Shown piece after piece: positions 21,156 to 30,902 of a DNA stretch of 64,000 nt. Under the pieces are notes generated by a model. It worked only from the letters and a program-made list of their open reading frames with translations. It did not search any database and had not been told where the DNA came from. Made by a program: the position numbers and the translations under genes. How positions within the stretch are numbered: position 1 is the first letter of the stretch; the number at the start of each line of letters is the position of its first letter. Origin of the DNA: Gammaproteobacteria bacterium (lineage in GTDB: Bacteria; Pseudomonadota; Gammaproteobacteria; GCA-002705445; GCA-002716945); contig JBJKYD010000016.1 of the NCBI GenBank assembly GCA_045561295.1, positions 1 through 64,000 of the forward strand. Direction: 5' to 3'.

Positions 21156-21882
21156 AATTAGACTTGGCGTAAATATTGATCATATTGCTACTATCAGAAC
21201 CAACAGGAATACTGATTATCCATCACTAATCGAGGCAGTAAATATTGCAGAGCAAAATGGTGCTGATTTAATTACTGTTCATCTAAGAGAAGATAGAAGG
21301 CACATTCAAGATCAGGATTTATTTGATATACGTCCTATTGCAAAGACTTTGAATCTTGAGATGGCCTTAACAAATGAGATGATAGATATATGTATGGCAG
21401 CTAAACCTGACTATTGTTGTATTGTTCCAGAGAAGAGAGAAGAACTTACTACAGAAGGAGGGTTAGATATTATTGGTATGAGCAGCGATCAGTTTAATCT
21501 ACTATCGAACTCAATTGATAAATTTCAAAATAATAAAATAAAAGTTTCTTTGTTTATTGATCCTGATATTTCACAAATAGATTATGCAATTAAATCTGGC
21601 GCTACATGTATTGAACTGCATACAGGTTCATATGCAAATGCTATGAGTAGTGATATAGAAAATAAAGAACTTAATCGTATTAAAGTGGCAGCACAATTTG
21701 CATCAGAATCAAAGTTACAAGTTCATGCGGGACATGGTTTAAACCTATCTAATTTATCAGATATATGTAAAATACCTGAAATAGAGGAGCTAAATATAGG
21801 ACATGCAATAATTGCAGATTCTATATTTAAAGGTTTTAAACAAGCTGTAAATGATTTTAGGAGCGCTATTGATAATGGTTAA
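21142..21882 (+). CDS. pdxJ: Pyridoxine 5'-phosphate synthase
   Basis: LGVNIDHIATIR, HLREDRRH, PEKREELTTEGG, AGHGL, NIGH. Confidence 0.97.
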   Translation: MEKNKIRLGVNIDHIATIRTNRNTDYPSLIEAVNIAEQNGADLITVHLREDRRHIQDQDLFDIRPIAKTLNLEMALTNEMIDICMAAKPDYCCIVPEKREELTTEGGLDIIGMSSDQFNLLSNSIDKFQNNKIKVSLFIDPDISQIDYAIKSGATCIELHTGSYANAMSSDIENKELNRIKVAAQFASESKLQVHAGHGLNLSNLSDICKIPEIEELNIGHAIIADSIFKGFKQAVNDFRSAIDNG

Positions 21883-22249
21883 GGGTATAGGTGTAGATCT
21901 TGTAGATAATATAAGATTCGAAAGATTAATTGATAGATTTGGAAATAAGATTGCTTTGAAGATTTTATCTGAATCAGAATTACGAGAGTATCAAAAAACT
22001 TTTAATAAAAGTTCTTTTCTATCAAAAAAATTTGCTGCAAAAGAAGCTTTATCTAAAGCAATCGGATCAGGGCTTTACAGAAATGGTATTTTCCCTAAGT
22101 TAATTACAATTGTACATACAAGTTTAGGGAAGCCTTTTTTTGAGTTTTCTAATGAGATAAGAAGCTCCATAGAAGACAAATATAAAAATATACAATTATC
22201 TATTACTGATACTCAAATTCATTCAATAGCTTTTGTAACAGTAGAATAA
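21875..22249 (+). CDS. acpS: Holo-ACP synthase
   Basis: GIGVDLV, FAAKEALSKAIG, GKP; follows pdxJ. Confidence 0.93.
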   Translation: MVKGIGVDLVDNIRFERLIDRFGNKIALKILSESELREYQKTFNKSSFLSKKFAAKEALSKAIGSGLYRNGIFPKLITIVHTSLGKPFFEFSNEIRSSIEDKYKNIQLSITDTQIHSIAFVTVE

Positions 22250-23112
22250 TGAGTGATATTGAAAATTACATTGGGAATACTCCTTTGGTCCTTATTGATG
22301 AGATAGGTTCTAATAAAATTTTTGCCAAGCTAGAAGGAAATAACCCAGCTGGCTCTATTAAAGATCGTCCAGCAATTAAGATGATTAAAGATGCTGAAAA
22401 TGAGGGATTAATTAAAAAAGGTGACACACTTATTGAAGCTACTAGCGGTAATACAGGAATTGCTTTAGCCATGGCTGCCTCAATACGAGGCTTCAAAATG
22501 AAACTTATTATGCCAGAAACTGCATCTATAGAAAGAGTAAAGACCATGAAGGCATATGGAGCAGAGGTTATTCTGGTTTCAAAAGAACAAGACATGGAGG
22601 GCGCTAGAGATCTTGCTTTAAGTATGTCTCAAAATAACGAAGGTTATGTTCTTGATCAGTTTTCTAACAAATCTAATTATCTATCACACTACGAAACTAC
22701 AGGGCCTGAAATATGGAAACAAACAAATCATTCGGTTACACATTTTATATCAGCTATGGGTACGACAGGTACAATAACTGGAGTATCAAGGTTCTTAAAA
22801 GAAAGAAATAACAATATAGAAATTATAGGTGTTCAACCGGCAGATGGTTCTAGAATACCTGGTATTAGAAGATGGAAAAAGGAATATACTCCGAAGATAT
22901 TTCAAAATGCAATTGTTGATAAAATTATAGATATTGATCAACAGGATGCAGAAGATTCTATGACGTCACTATCGACTCAGACAGGATTGTTTGTAGGAAT
23001 GTCTGCAGGTGCGAACATATTCATTGCAAAAAAGGTTGCAACTAAAGTTAAAAACTCAGTGATCGTAACGATTTTGTGCGATAGAGGAGATAGATATTTA
23101 TCTAAGCTTTAA
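22249..23112 (+). CDS. cysM: Cysteine synthase B
   Basis: KLEGNNPAGSIKDR, TSGNTG, MGTTGT, IPGIRRW, CDRGDRYLS. Confidence 0.93.
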   Translation: MSDIENYIGNTPLVLIDEIGSNKIFAKLEGNNPAGSIKDRPAIKMIKDAENEGLIKKGDTLIEATSGNTGIALAMAASIRGFKMKLIMPETASIERVKTMKAYGAEVILVSKEQDMEGARDLALSMSQNNEGYVLDQFSNKSNYLSHYETTGPEIWKQTNHSVTHFISAMGTTGTITGVSRFLKERNNNIEIIGVQPADGSRIPGIRRWKKEYTPKIFQNAIVDKIIDIDQQDAEDSMTSLSTQTGLFVGMSAGANIFIAKKVATKVKNSVIVTILCDRGDRYLSKL

Positions 23113-24617
23113 TTTTGATTGATAATTAAATTATCACCTGCTGTAAGATATTTTTTGTTTTTTAGATTATTATCCTTTATGAGAGTATCCTTACTGATAC
23201 CAAAGCCTCTTATTATTTGATCATACCTTTCTCCAGAACTAACTACATATCTGAGAGGCTTCGTTTTTTCACTTACTAAAAGAATAGGACCTCGAAGTTT
23301 TATCTTTACTAACTTATTAATTTTTAATGTAGTTTTTTTATTAGCATTATTCCACTTCAATAGTTTCTTTAATGGAACGTCGTACTTACGAGCGATTTTA
23401 TACCAATTATCATATCTTTTTATAATATGATTATAAGTTACTTCCTTTTTATTTATAAAATACTTTTTATTATTTACAGTAATAAATTCTTTATTTGTTG
23501 CACTTAATTCAGAGGGAATTCTTATTTTTTGATTTATATAAATAGTATCACTATTTAGTGAATTCACTTTTTTTAAAGAATTAATTTTGACATTATAAAT
23601 TCTTGATATTTTGTATAAACTATCACCTTTCTTAACTTTATGTATTTTATTCTCGTATATAATTTTTGAAATTTTGTCATATCTTTTTTTGAATAATTTT
23701 GCTTCTTTGTTAGGCAGCAATAAAGTGTTTTGCTGAGAAGGATCAATAATCCAAGTACTATATCCAGGATTTAGATTTATTAATTCTTTTTCACTTACGC
23801 CCGTAATAACAGAGAGTGTTTGAAAATCTATGGGGTCTTGAAAGCTTACTTTTTTAGTATAATTTTGATTTTTGATATTTGCCAATTTGAAACCATATTT
23901 TGACGGATTATTTACAATTTTTGCAAGGGCTAATAATCGAGGAACATATAGTTCTGTCTCTCTCGGTAAATCAAGGTCCCAATAGGAAGGTTTTGAAAAA
24001 ATATTATTTGCCTTATTTATTGCTTTGCCCACGTTCCCAGCGCCTGTGTTATAGGATGCAATTGCTAATAACCAGTTTCCCTTAAAATGACGATACATAT
24101 CACTAAGAAAATGTGTGGCAGCTTTTGTTGATTCTAATACATCTCTTCTTCCATCATAATGCCAATTCATTTTTAAACCGTATTCTCTTGCTGTAGGAGG
24201 TATAAATTGCCATATACCTGCTGCCCTTGATGAAGAATAAGCAAAAGGCTGAAACCCACTCTCTACCATTGGCAATAGCGCTAGTTCATGCGGTAGATTC
24301 TTTTGTTCTAGATAGTTGAGTATATGAAAAAGGTACGGCTTTGATCTTTCTATTGATCTATATACAAATTCTTTGTTTTTTTTCATCCATTTTAATTCTT
24401 GGGAAATTCTTGATGAATTAATACTATTAAAACAGAAGCCTGACCGCATTCTATGCCAAAGGTTATTAAATTCTTTATTTTTTAGAGTTTGAGTATCGCA
24501 CGTGCTATATGAACTAAATGAAGGGGTATCTAAAGTATATTGACCTAGATCAATAGATGTTTGCTGACAACCTGATATAACTAATAATGCAGCTATAAAA
24601 ATATATTTTTTATACAC
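23109..24617 (-). CDS. mltD: Membrane-bound lytic murein transglycosylase D (lipoprotein with LysM repeats)
   Basis: Lipobox ISGC, LPMVES, AAGIWQF, ASYNTG, ETELYVP; three C-terminal LysM-like repeats; GTG start. Confidence 0.93.
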   Translation of the reverse strand: MYKKYIFIAALLVISGCQQTSIDLGQYTLDTPSFSSYSTCDTQTLKNKEFNNLWHRMRSGFCFNSINSSRISQELKWMKKNKEFVYRSIERSKPYLFHILNYLEQKNLPHELALLPMVESGFQPFAYSSSRAAGIWQFIPPTAREYGLKMNWHYDGRRDVLESTKAATHFLSDMYRHFKGNWLLAIASYNTGAGNVGKAINKANNIFSKPSYWDLDLPRETELYVPRLLALAKIVNNPSKYGFKLANIKNQNYTKKVSFQDPIDFQTLSVITGVSEKELINLNPGYSTWIIDPSQQNTLLLPNKEAKLFKKRYDKISKIIYENKIHKVKKGDSLYKISRIYNVKINSLKKVNSLNSDTIYINQKIRIPSELSATNKEFITVNNKKYFINKKEVTYNHIIKRYDNWYKIARKYDVPLKKLLKWNNANKKTTLKINKLVKIKLRGPILLVSEKTKPLRYVVSSGERYDQIIRGFGISKDTLIKDNNLKNKKYLTAGDNLIINQN

Positions 24618-24632
24618 CTTATCAATTTATCA

Positions 24633-24654
24633 TATGGTATTATTTAATACCATA
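24633..24654. repeat. Perfect 10-bp inverted repeat between divergent mltD and yafS-rnhA-dnaQ
   Basis: TATGGTATTA-TT-TAATACCATA. Confidence 0.75.
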
Positions 24655-24657
24655 GAG

Positions 24658-25368
24658 ATGATCCTCCAAGAGAATAATACTACAAAGACTCAACTTAAGA
24701 AATGGTATAAAAATCCTGCAGGGCAACACTATAAAAAGATTATTTTAGATGAACTAGAATCTATTAAAGATCTTTATCAGGGACGACATACACTGTTTTG
24801 TGGTTCGACTGAATATAAGAAATTATTTCAAAAAAATAAAAGCGGCACATTTTTTAGTATTGATGAAGATGTCTTAATATCAAGTGCTAATTTATCAAAG
24901 AATTTACCATTTGAAGATAACTCTCATGATGTCATAGTATTATCTCATGGCTTAGAATATACAGAAAATCCTTATCTTTTAATGCGTGAGATTGATCGCA
25001 TAGCAACAGATGATGCGACCATTATTGTAATAGGTTTTAATAAATATAGCCTATGGTCTTTAGTAAAAATATTTTCTTCAAAACCGCCATGGAATATAAG
25101 ATTTTTATCACCTTATATAATTAAAGAGTGGTTTAAGATTCTAGAATACAAAACTAATTATCAAAAAACATTTGGCCTCATGCCTTACTTAGGGAAAAAT
25201 ATAACATCATTTCTTAGTCACATATCCTTCTTCCATAAAATCATTAGAAATCAGTTTGGTGGACTCGCAATGTTTACCTATAGAAAAAGAGTAATTCCAT
25301 TAACTCCACATAAAATAGTTTTCAATAAAAATTATAAGGTCTCTAATCTTGCGAAGAATAATATATGA
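24658..25368 (+). CDS. SAM-dependent methyltransferase-like protein (YafS-like)
   Basis: LPFEDNSHDVIVLSHGLE, REIDR, GFNKYSLW; conserved position before rnhA; start 24658 or 24634. Confidence 0.8.
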   Translation: MILQENNTTKTQLKKWYKNPAGQHYKKIILDELESIKDLYQGRHTLFCGSTEYKKLFQKNKSGTFFSIDEDVLISSANLSKNLPFEDNSHDVIVLSHGLEYTENPYLLMREIDRIATDDATIIVIGFNKYSLWSLVKIFSSKPPWNIRFLSPYIIKEWFKILEYKTNYQKTFGLMPYLGKNITSFLSHISFFHKIIRNQFGGLAMFTYRKRVIPLTPHKIVFNKNYKVSNLAKNNI

Positions 25369-25802
25369 TTAAAATCTATACAGATGGCGCTTGCAGCGGA
25401 AACCCTGGACCAGGCGGCTGGGGTTTTGTGATAATAGACGGCGAAAACACTAAATCTTTCTCAGGAGGTGAAGATGCTACAACTAACAACAGAATGGAAT
25501 TAACTGCAGCAATCAAAGCTATTGAATCGGTAGATATAAATGAATCTATCATGTTGCATACTGACTCTACCTATGTTCAAAAGGGCATTACGGAATGGAT
25601 TATAAATTGGAAAAAAAAGAATTGGATTACTAGCACTAAAAAACCTGTTGCAAACAAAGATCTTTGGTTAAAGCTTGATGAATATAATGTATCAAGAGAC
25701 ATTAAATGGACATGGGTAAAAGCACATCAAAGTGGCGATTCAAATGATTCTATTTACAATAATATGGCGGATAAACTTGCAACTGGAGCGATTGCTAAAT
25801 GA
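25365..25802 (+). CDS. rnhA: Ribonuclease HI
   Basis: YTDGACSGNPGPGG, TTNNRMEL, TDSTY, WVKAH. Confidence 0.98.
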   Translation: MIKIYTDGACSGNPGPGGWGFVIIDGENTKSFSGGEDATTNNRMELTAAIKAIESVDINESIMLHTDSTYVQKGITEWIINWKKKNWITSTKKPVANKDLWLKLDEYNVSRDIKWTWVKAHQSGDSNDSIYNNMADKLATGAIAK

Positions 25803-26440
25803 GATATGTCGTACTTGATACAGAGACGACGGGGCTCGATCCAGATGATGGGCATAAAATTATTGAAATTGGTTGTATAGAAATAAATAACAGAAAAGTA
25901 ACAGACAATAGTTTTCATAAATATATTAATCCATTACGCGAGATTGATATTGAAGCATCAAAAGTCCATGGTATGACCGCAAGTAGTTTAAGAGATAAAC
26001 CTATCTTTCATGATATTTATGATGAGTTTCTTGAATACATAGCTGATTCGCCATTAATAATTCACAATGCTCCTTTTGATATTGGATTTTTAAAAAAAGA
26101 ATTTGGTTATCTTAAAAGAAAAGATAATTTTATAAACAACGAGATTATTGATAGCCTAAAACTTGCTAGAAAAATAAGTCCAGGCAAAAGAAATACTCTA
26201 GATGCTCTTTGTGAGCGTTACTCCGTTGATAACTCTGACAGAAATATTCATGGAGCATTATTAGACGCAAGACTACTGGCATATGTTTACCTTAAGCTTA
26301 CAATAGGGCAAAACAACTTTAATGACTTATCTGTAGAACAGGGTATTCAAGACGATGATGTTGACACTTCAACTAAGGACTTCAAAGTTATCAAGGCAAG
26401 TAGTGACGATGTTATTTTACATGAATCATATTTTAAATGA
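25799..26440 (+). CDS. dnaQ: DNA polymerase III epsilon subunit
   Basis: LDTETTGL, HNAPFD, HGALLDA. Confidence 0.97.
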   Translation: MRYVVLDTETTGLDPDDGHKIIEIGCIEINNRKVTDNSFHKYINPLREIDIEASKVHGMTASSLRDKPIFHDIYDEFLEYIADSPLIIHNAPFDIGFLKKEFGYLKRKDNFINNEIIDSLKLARKISPGKRNTLDALCERYSVDNSDRNIHGALLDARLLAYVYLKLTIGQNNFNDLSVEQGIQDDDVDTSTKDFKVIKASSDDVILHESYFK

Positions 26441-26441
26441 T

Positions 26442-26888
26442 TTATATTAACTTCTTTAGTCTATCTTTTTGTCTTTGCCAATCCTTATTTTTCTGATCCT
26501 CTCTTTTATCATGTAACTTTTTCCCTTTCGATAATGCAATCTCTATTTTAATGATTCCATTTTTTGAATATATTTTTAGCGGAACTATCGTTAAACCTTT
26601 TTGACTAACTTGTCCCTGAAGCATATTTATTTCTTTTCGATTTAATAAAAGTTTCCTATTTGCAGTAGGCTCCTGAAGAGTTGTTTGATTTTTAGTATTT
26701 AAAGATTTTATATGAGCATTTGATAAATAAACTTCGTCCTTTTTTATAGAAATATAACTCTCAGATAATTGTCCATTACCAGATTTAAGGCTCTTGACTT
26801 CCCATCCTGAGAGCACTAATCCCGCTTCAAGTTTTTTAATAAAAGCGTACTTAAAGCTCGCCTTCTTGTTATTACATAAGACATTCAT
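26442..26888 (-). CDS. smpB: SsrA-binding protein
   Basis: NKKA, EAGLVLSGWEVKSL, RKLLL, GKKLHDKRE; start placed at ATG 26888. Confidence 0.97.
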   Translation of the reverse strand: MNVLCNNKKASFKYAFIKKLEAGLVLSGWEVKSLKSGNGQLSESYISIKKDEVYLSNAHIKSLNTKNQTTLQEPTANRKLLLNRKEINMLQGQVSQKGLTIVPLKIYSKNGIIKIEIALSKGKKLHDKREDQKNKDWQRQKDRLKKLI

Positions 26889-26937
26889 AATTTCATCACA
26901 TAAGGTATAATGAATTATAGCATAAAGGAGATATCTC

Positions 26938-28368
26938 ATATCTAATAAGAGACTGTCAATACATGGCCAATGGTCATCAAAGATTTTATTTATATTTGCA
27001 GCAACCGGTTCTGCTGTCGGTTTAGGAAATATTTGGAAATTCCCATGGATGACAGCTGAAAATGGCGGCGGCGCGTTTGTTATAATTTATATTTTAAGCG
27101 TTATACTCCTTGCGCTACCAATCATGGCTGCAGAAATATTAATTGGTAAAAGAGGTAAACAAAATCCAATTAATAGTCTCAGAACTCTCTCTAATGAAGC
27201 AAGCTTTTATTTCAAGAATCAATCTGATGCTTTATTAAATCGTACTACCAAAGCTAAAAAAAGATTTGAAGATATAGACATATTCTCTAACTGGGAGCTT
27301 ATAGGATGGATGGGTATATTGGCAGGGATACTTATATTATCATTTTATAGTGTTATAGCTGGTTGGACTATATCCTATATTTTTAAATCTTTGTCTGGTT
27401 CATTTACACTTATTACTGCTGCTGGATCATCTGCAAAGTTCGAATCCTTTGTATCAGATCCTGAAAAATTAATTTTATGGCATACAATATTTATGATACT
27501 TACGTGTTATATAGTTTCAAGAGGTATCAAAAGTGGCATTGAAAAAGCTATCAAATTTTTAATACCAGGGCTATTTATAATTTTGATAGGATTAGCTGTA
27601 TATTCATCAACACTCCAAGGTTTCTCAGATGCAATGAGCTATTTCTTTATTGTTGATTTTGAAAAAATTAATAGTTCTGTAATATTATCCGCTATGAGCA
27701 TGGCTTTTTTTTCTCTAAGCATTGGGATGGGATCATTGATGGTTTATGGTTCATATCTTCCCGATGATACATCGGTTTTTCAAGTCAGCTCTGCTGTCGC
27801 TTTTTCTGATACTTTAGTCGCTATACTCGCAGGTATAATAATATTCCCAATAGTCTTTACATATAATTTAGATCCAAGTGCAGCAGGTCCAGGATTAATA
27901 TTTCAAACATTACCTATTGCTTTTGGTGCTATGGATTATGGATATTTTATATCCACAGCATTTTTTATATTATTATTTTTTGCCGCTATCACTTCATCAA
28001 TTTCTTTAATAGAGCCTGCAATAACATTTGTTGTTGAAAAATTCTCTGTTACACGAATATACGCCACTAATATCTTAGGATTTTTAACATGGTTTTTGGG
28101 CATCTTTACGGTTTTATCTTTTAATGAGTTATCTTCATTTACTTTTTTTGGTATGACAATATTTGATAATCTTGACTACTTAACATCAAAAATTATGCTG
28201 CCATTAGGCGGATTATTAATGGCTCTATTTGTTGGATATGTTATGAACAGGGCAATAGTCAAAAAAGAACTTCATGCTAATCAGGGCATTATAGATACAT
28301 GGTTTATGATTATAAAAGTATTTTCACCAATATTATTGATTATTATTTTTATCCAAGGAATTCTCTAA
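26938..28368 (+). CDS. NSS-family sodium-dependent transporter, probable ATA start
   Basis: In-frame conserved N-terminus HGQWSSKILFIFAATGSAVGLGNIWKFP lies upstream of the track's ATG 27049; AAGGAG at 26925-26930 is 7 nt before ATA 26938; AFFSLSIG, GPGLIF, AAITSSISL. Confidence 0.9.
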   Translation: MSNKRLSIHGQWSSKILFIFAATGSAVGLGNIWKFPWMTAENGGGAFVIIYILSVILLALPIMAAEILIGKRGKQNPINSLRTLSNEASFYFKNQSDALLNRTTKAKKRFEDIDIFSNWELIGWMGILAGILILSFYSVIAGWTISYIFKSLSGSFTLITAAGSSAKFESFVSDPEKLILWHTIFMILTCYIVSRGIKSGIEKAIKFLIPGLFIILIGLAVYSSTLQGFSDAMSYFFIVDFEKINSSVILSAMSMAFFSLSIGMGSLMVYGSYLPDDTSVFQVSSAVAFSDTLVAILAGIIIFPIVFTYNLDPSAAGPGLIFQTLPIAFGAMDYGYFISTAFFILLFFAAITSSISLIEPAITFVVEKFSVTRIYATNILGFLTWFLGIFTVLSFNELSSFTFFGMTIFDNLDYLTSKIMLPLGGLLMALFVGYVMNRAIVKKELHANQGIIDTWFMIIKVFSPILLIIIFIQGIL

Positions 28369-28372
28369 AAAA

Positions 28373-28810
28373 ATGAAAAAAATATATAAGCAAGAAGAAA
28401 TTAATGTTGATGTACAAACAATATTTAACCTTATCAATAGCGTTGAAGATTATCCAAATTTTTTACCATGGTGTACTAAGACTGAAGTAAGTAAAGAATC
28501 AGAAAATACTAATATTGGCAAAATCTTCATATCAAAAAGTTTTATTAAATGGAACTTTTCTACAAAAAATCTAATTGATGTTAATAAATCTATTACTCTT
28601 TCTTTGATAGATGGCCCCTTTGATGAACTTAATGGGAAATGGTCTTTTAAATCTATAGATAAAAATAACACACACGTTACTTTGGAGATTGATTATAAAT
28701 TCAAAAGCTCTCTAATTGAAATATCAATAGAGCCAATCTTTCATAGCATAATGAACTCAATTCTTAAATCCTTTATCGATCAGGCATTCAAAATTAAATA
28801 TAATGATTGA
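28373..28810 (+). CDS. ratA: RatA/PasT (Coq10-like START-domain protein)
   Basis: YPNFLPWC, DGPF..L.G.W.F; smpB-ratA-ratB context. Confidence 0.9.
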   Translation: MKKIYKQEEINVDVQTIFNLINSVEDYPNFLPWCTKTEVSKESENTNIGKIFISKSFIKWNFSTKNLIDVNKSITLSLIDGPFDELNGKWSFKSIDKNNTHVTLEIDYKFKSSLIEISIEPIFHSIMNSILKSFIDQAFKIKYND

Positions 28811-29054
28811 TATAGAAATAATAAATAATAATAAAGATTATAAATCTCAGTACTTGACTCTGAAAAAAGGGACTACAATTCGGGAATTAGTAAATAATAT
28901 TTTAAACCTCGATGTTAAGCATTATAAAATTGGTGTATATGGTAAAATTCAACAGTTATCTTATACACTTCGGGATAAAGATAGGGTAGAATTTTATGAA
29001 GACATAATTGCAGACCCAAAAATTAAAAGAGAAAAAAGAGCTAAAAACTTATGA
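28803..29054 (+). CDS. ratB: RatB/RnfH ubiquitin-like protein
   Basis: IGVYGK, LRDKDRVEFY, ADPK. Confidence 0.85.
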   Translation: MIDIEIINNNKDYKSQYLTLKKGTTIRELVNNILNLDVKHYKIGVYGKIQQLSYTLRDKDRVEFYEDIIADPKIKREKRAKNL

Positions 29055-29491
29055 GTAATATCAAAAAAAATGAAAATATAGAAAAGCTGAAAGAGGCTGG
29101 ATTAAAGGTTACTCATTCTCGATGTAAAATCTTAGAGTTATTCCAGAACTCTCCTGATGAGCACTATACTGCTGATAGATTAAAAGACTTATTGACTGAC
29201 AATGGCGAGACTATTGGATTGGCCACCATATATAGAGTTTTAACCCAACTTGAGATGGCAGATCTAATTCAAAAGAATAATTTTCAAGAAAATCATTCCG
29301 CGTATGAACTAAAGAAGTCGCATCATGATCATTTGATCTGTACTAAATGTGGAAGTATAATTGAATTTGTCAACGAAGATCTTGAAAAGCTACAAGAGCA
29401 CATATCGAAAAAATATAATTTTTCACTAGAGTCCCATGTAATGACGTTATTTGGCAATTGTAATAAAAAAGACTGTAAGAATCTTAAATAA
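29051..29491 (+). CDS. fur: Ferric uptake regulator
   Basis: GLKVT, IGLATIYRVLTQ, HHDHLICTKCG. Confidence 0.95.
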   Translation: MSNIKKNENIEKLKEAGLKVTHSRCKILELFQNSPDEHYTADRLKDLLTDNGETIGLATIYRVLTQLEMADLIQKNNFQENHSAYELKKSHHDHLICTKCGSIIEFVNEDLEKLQEHISKKYNFSLESHVMTLFGNCNKKDCKNLK

Positions 29492-29493
29492 TA

Positions 29494-30333
29494 CTAAGAT
29501 TTGATGTCGTACCGTAATTTTTTTGATAATACATTGAAATAATCATAATCACATGGATGAATTATTTGAAGCTGTCTACTTGCCTTTTTAATAAAAATAT
29601 CATTCGGGTTCTTTATTGTTAAGTTATTGGCCCCATCAAATGTCACTTGTGAATTTCCAATAGATTTCTTATTAACTTTTATTGTAATCGTATCAGTATT
29701 ATTTATTATTACAGATCTTTGCCCGTATGAATGTGGAGCAATGGGTACTATGCATATAACATTAGATTGTGGACTTACTATAGGACAGCCATTTGACATT
29801 GCATATGCTGTAGATCCAGTAGGAGATGCAATGATAACACCATCAGACCTTTGTTTATTTATGAGATTCTGATTTACATAAATATCCATTTCAATCATTT
29901 TTAATTTTCCAAAATTATTTACAACTATATCATTCAGCGCTATCGACTTGTGCACGGTATTTTCAGATGACACCGTACCCATAAGCATAGCTCTTTTGTC
30001 GATAGTATAATTGCCATCAAGCACTTCAAGTATTTTCGATTGAAAATGTTTTTTATCAAGGTCAGCTAAAAATCCTAATCTACCAAAATTTAAACCAAGT
30101 ACAGGTATAGATTTTTTATATGCATACTTAGATGCAGCTATAAAAACACCATCACCACCTATGGATAAAACAAGATCATATTTAATCGTATTAAGATTAT
30201 TATTTTTTAATTCGAGTGTATGTACATCTACACAAGAGCATTTTTTAGATAAATATTTAATAACATCCTTCGTCTCTTTTTTCCCTAGAAAAGAAGATGA
30301 TGTATAAATCAAAATTTTCTTAAACTTCTTCAA
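29494..30333 (-). CDS. nadK: NAD kinase
   Basis: GGDG, GRLGFL, ALND, SPTGSTAY; TTG start. Confidence 0.95.
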   Translation of the reverse strand: MKKFKKILIYTSSSFLGKKETKDVIKYLSKKCSCVDVHTLELKNNNLNTIKYDLVLSIGGDGVFIAASKYAYKKSIPVLGLNFGRLGFLADLDKKHFQSKILEVLDGNYTIDKRAMLMGTVSSENTVHKSIALNDIVVNNFGKLKMIEMDIYVNQNLINKQRSDGVIIASPTGSTAYAMSNGCPIVSPQSNVICIVPIAPHSYGQRSVIINNTDTITIKVNKKSIGNSQVTFDGANNLTIKNPNDIFIKKASRQLQIIHPCDYDYFNVLSKKLRYDIKS

Positions 30334-30378
30334 TATATTTCTCTTAATTGCATCTATGATAAACTATAACAATTATAT

Positions 30379-30873
30379 ATGAATACCTTAGAAGAAGAAC
30401 TAAAAAAACTGCATGAATTGTGTATCCAACAAAAACTTAGTATCGCTACGGCTGAATCATGTACAGGCGGTTTCATTTCAAAACTAATAACTGATCAATC
30501 TAATTCCTCCAAATATTACAGAGGCTCAGTAATTGCATATTCTAACAATGTAAAGTCAAGTATTTTAAACATATCATCAGAGCTGATACATGAACATGGC
30601 GCAGTCTCAAAAGAAGTCTCTAGCGCTATGGCCAAAGGATTATTGAAAATCATAGATACCGACATAGCTTTATCAGTTACAGGCATAATGGAGAAAAATG
30701 ATGATGCTTCTACTAAAGATTGTCAGGTCTATATAACTGTTATGTCGTTAGACAATGAGCTGACATCACACTTTCTTCTTGAAGGATCAAGACTTAATAA
30801 TCGCATGAGTACTGTATATTTTGCTTTTAACTGTTTATCCGATTTCATTCATAAAAATTACTTGCTATCATAG
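30379..30873 (+). CDS. pncC: NMN deamidase (CinA C-terminal family)
   Basis: AESCTGG, YSNNVK, HGAVS, SVTG; upstream of recA. Confidence 0.9.
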   Translation: MNTLEEELKKLHELCIQQKLSIATAESCTGGFISKLITDQSNSSKYYRGSVIAYSNNVKSSILNISSELIHEHGAVSKEVSSAMAKGLLKIIDTDIALSVTGIMEKNDDASTKDCQVYITVMSLDNELTSHFLLEGSRLNNRMSTVYFAFNCLSDFIHKNYLLS

Positions 30874-30902
30874 ATTATTCAAAAGATCACCTGAGGAGAA
30901 AA

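Noticed and set aside
28373-29054. ratA-ratB as a toxin-antitoxin or defence system
   Set aside because: Core conserved locus beside smpB; RatA/PasT is a Coq10-like ubiquinone-binding protein, and nothing here suggests mobility
30334-30902. LexA (SOS) box upstream of pncC/recA
   Set aside because: No CTGT-N8-ACAG found; CTGTATAT near 30812 lacks the right half-site
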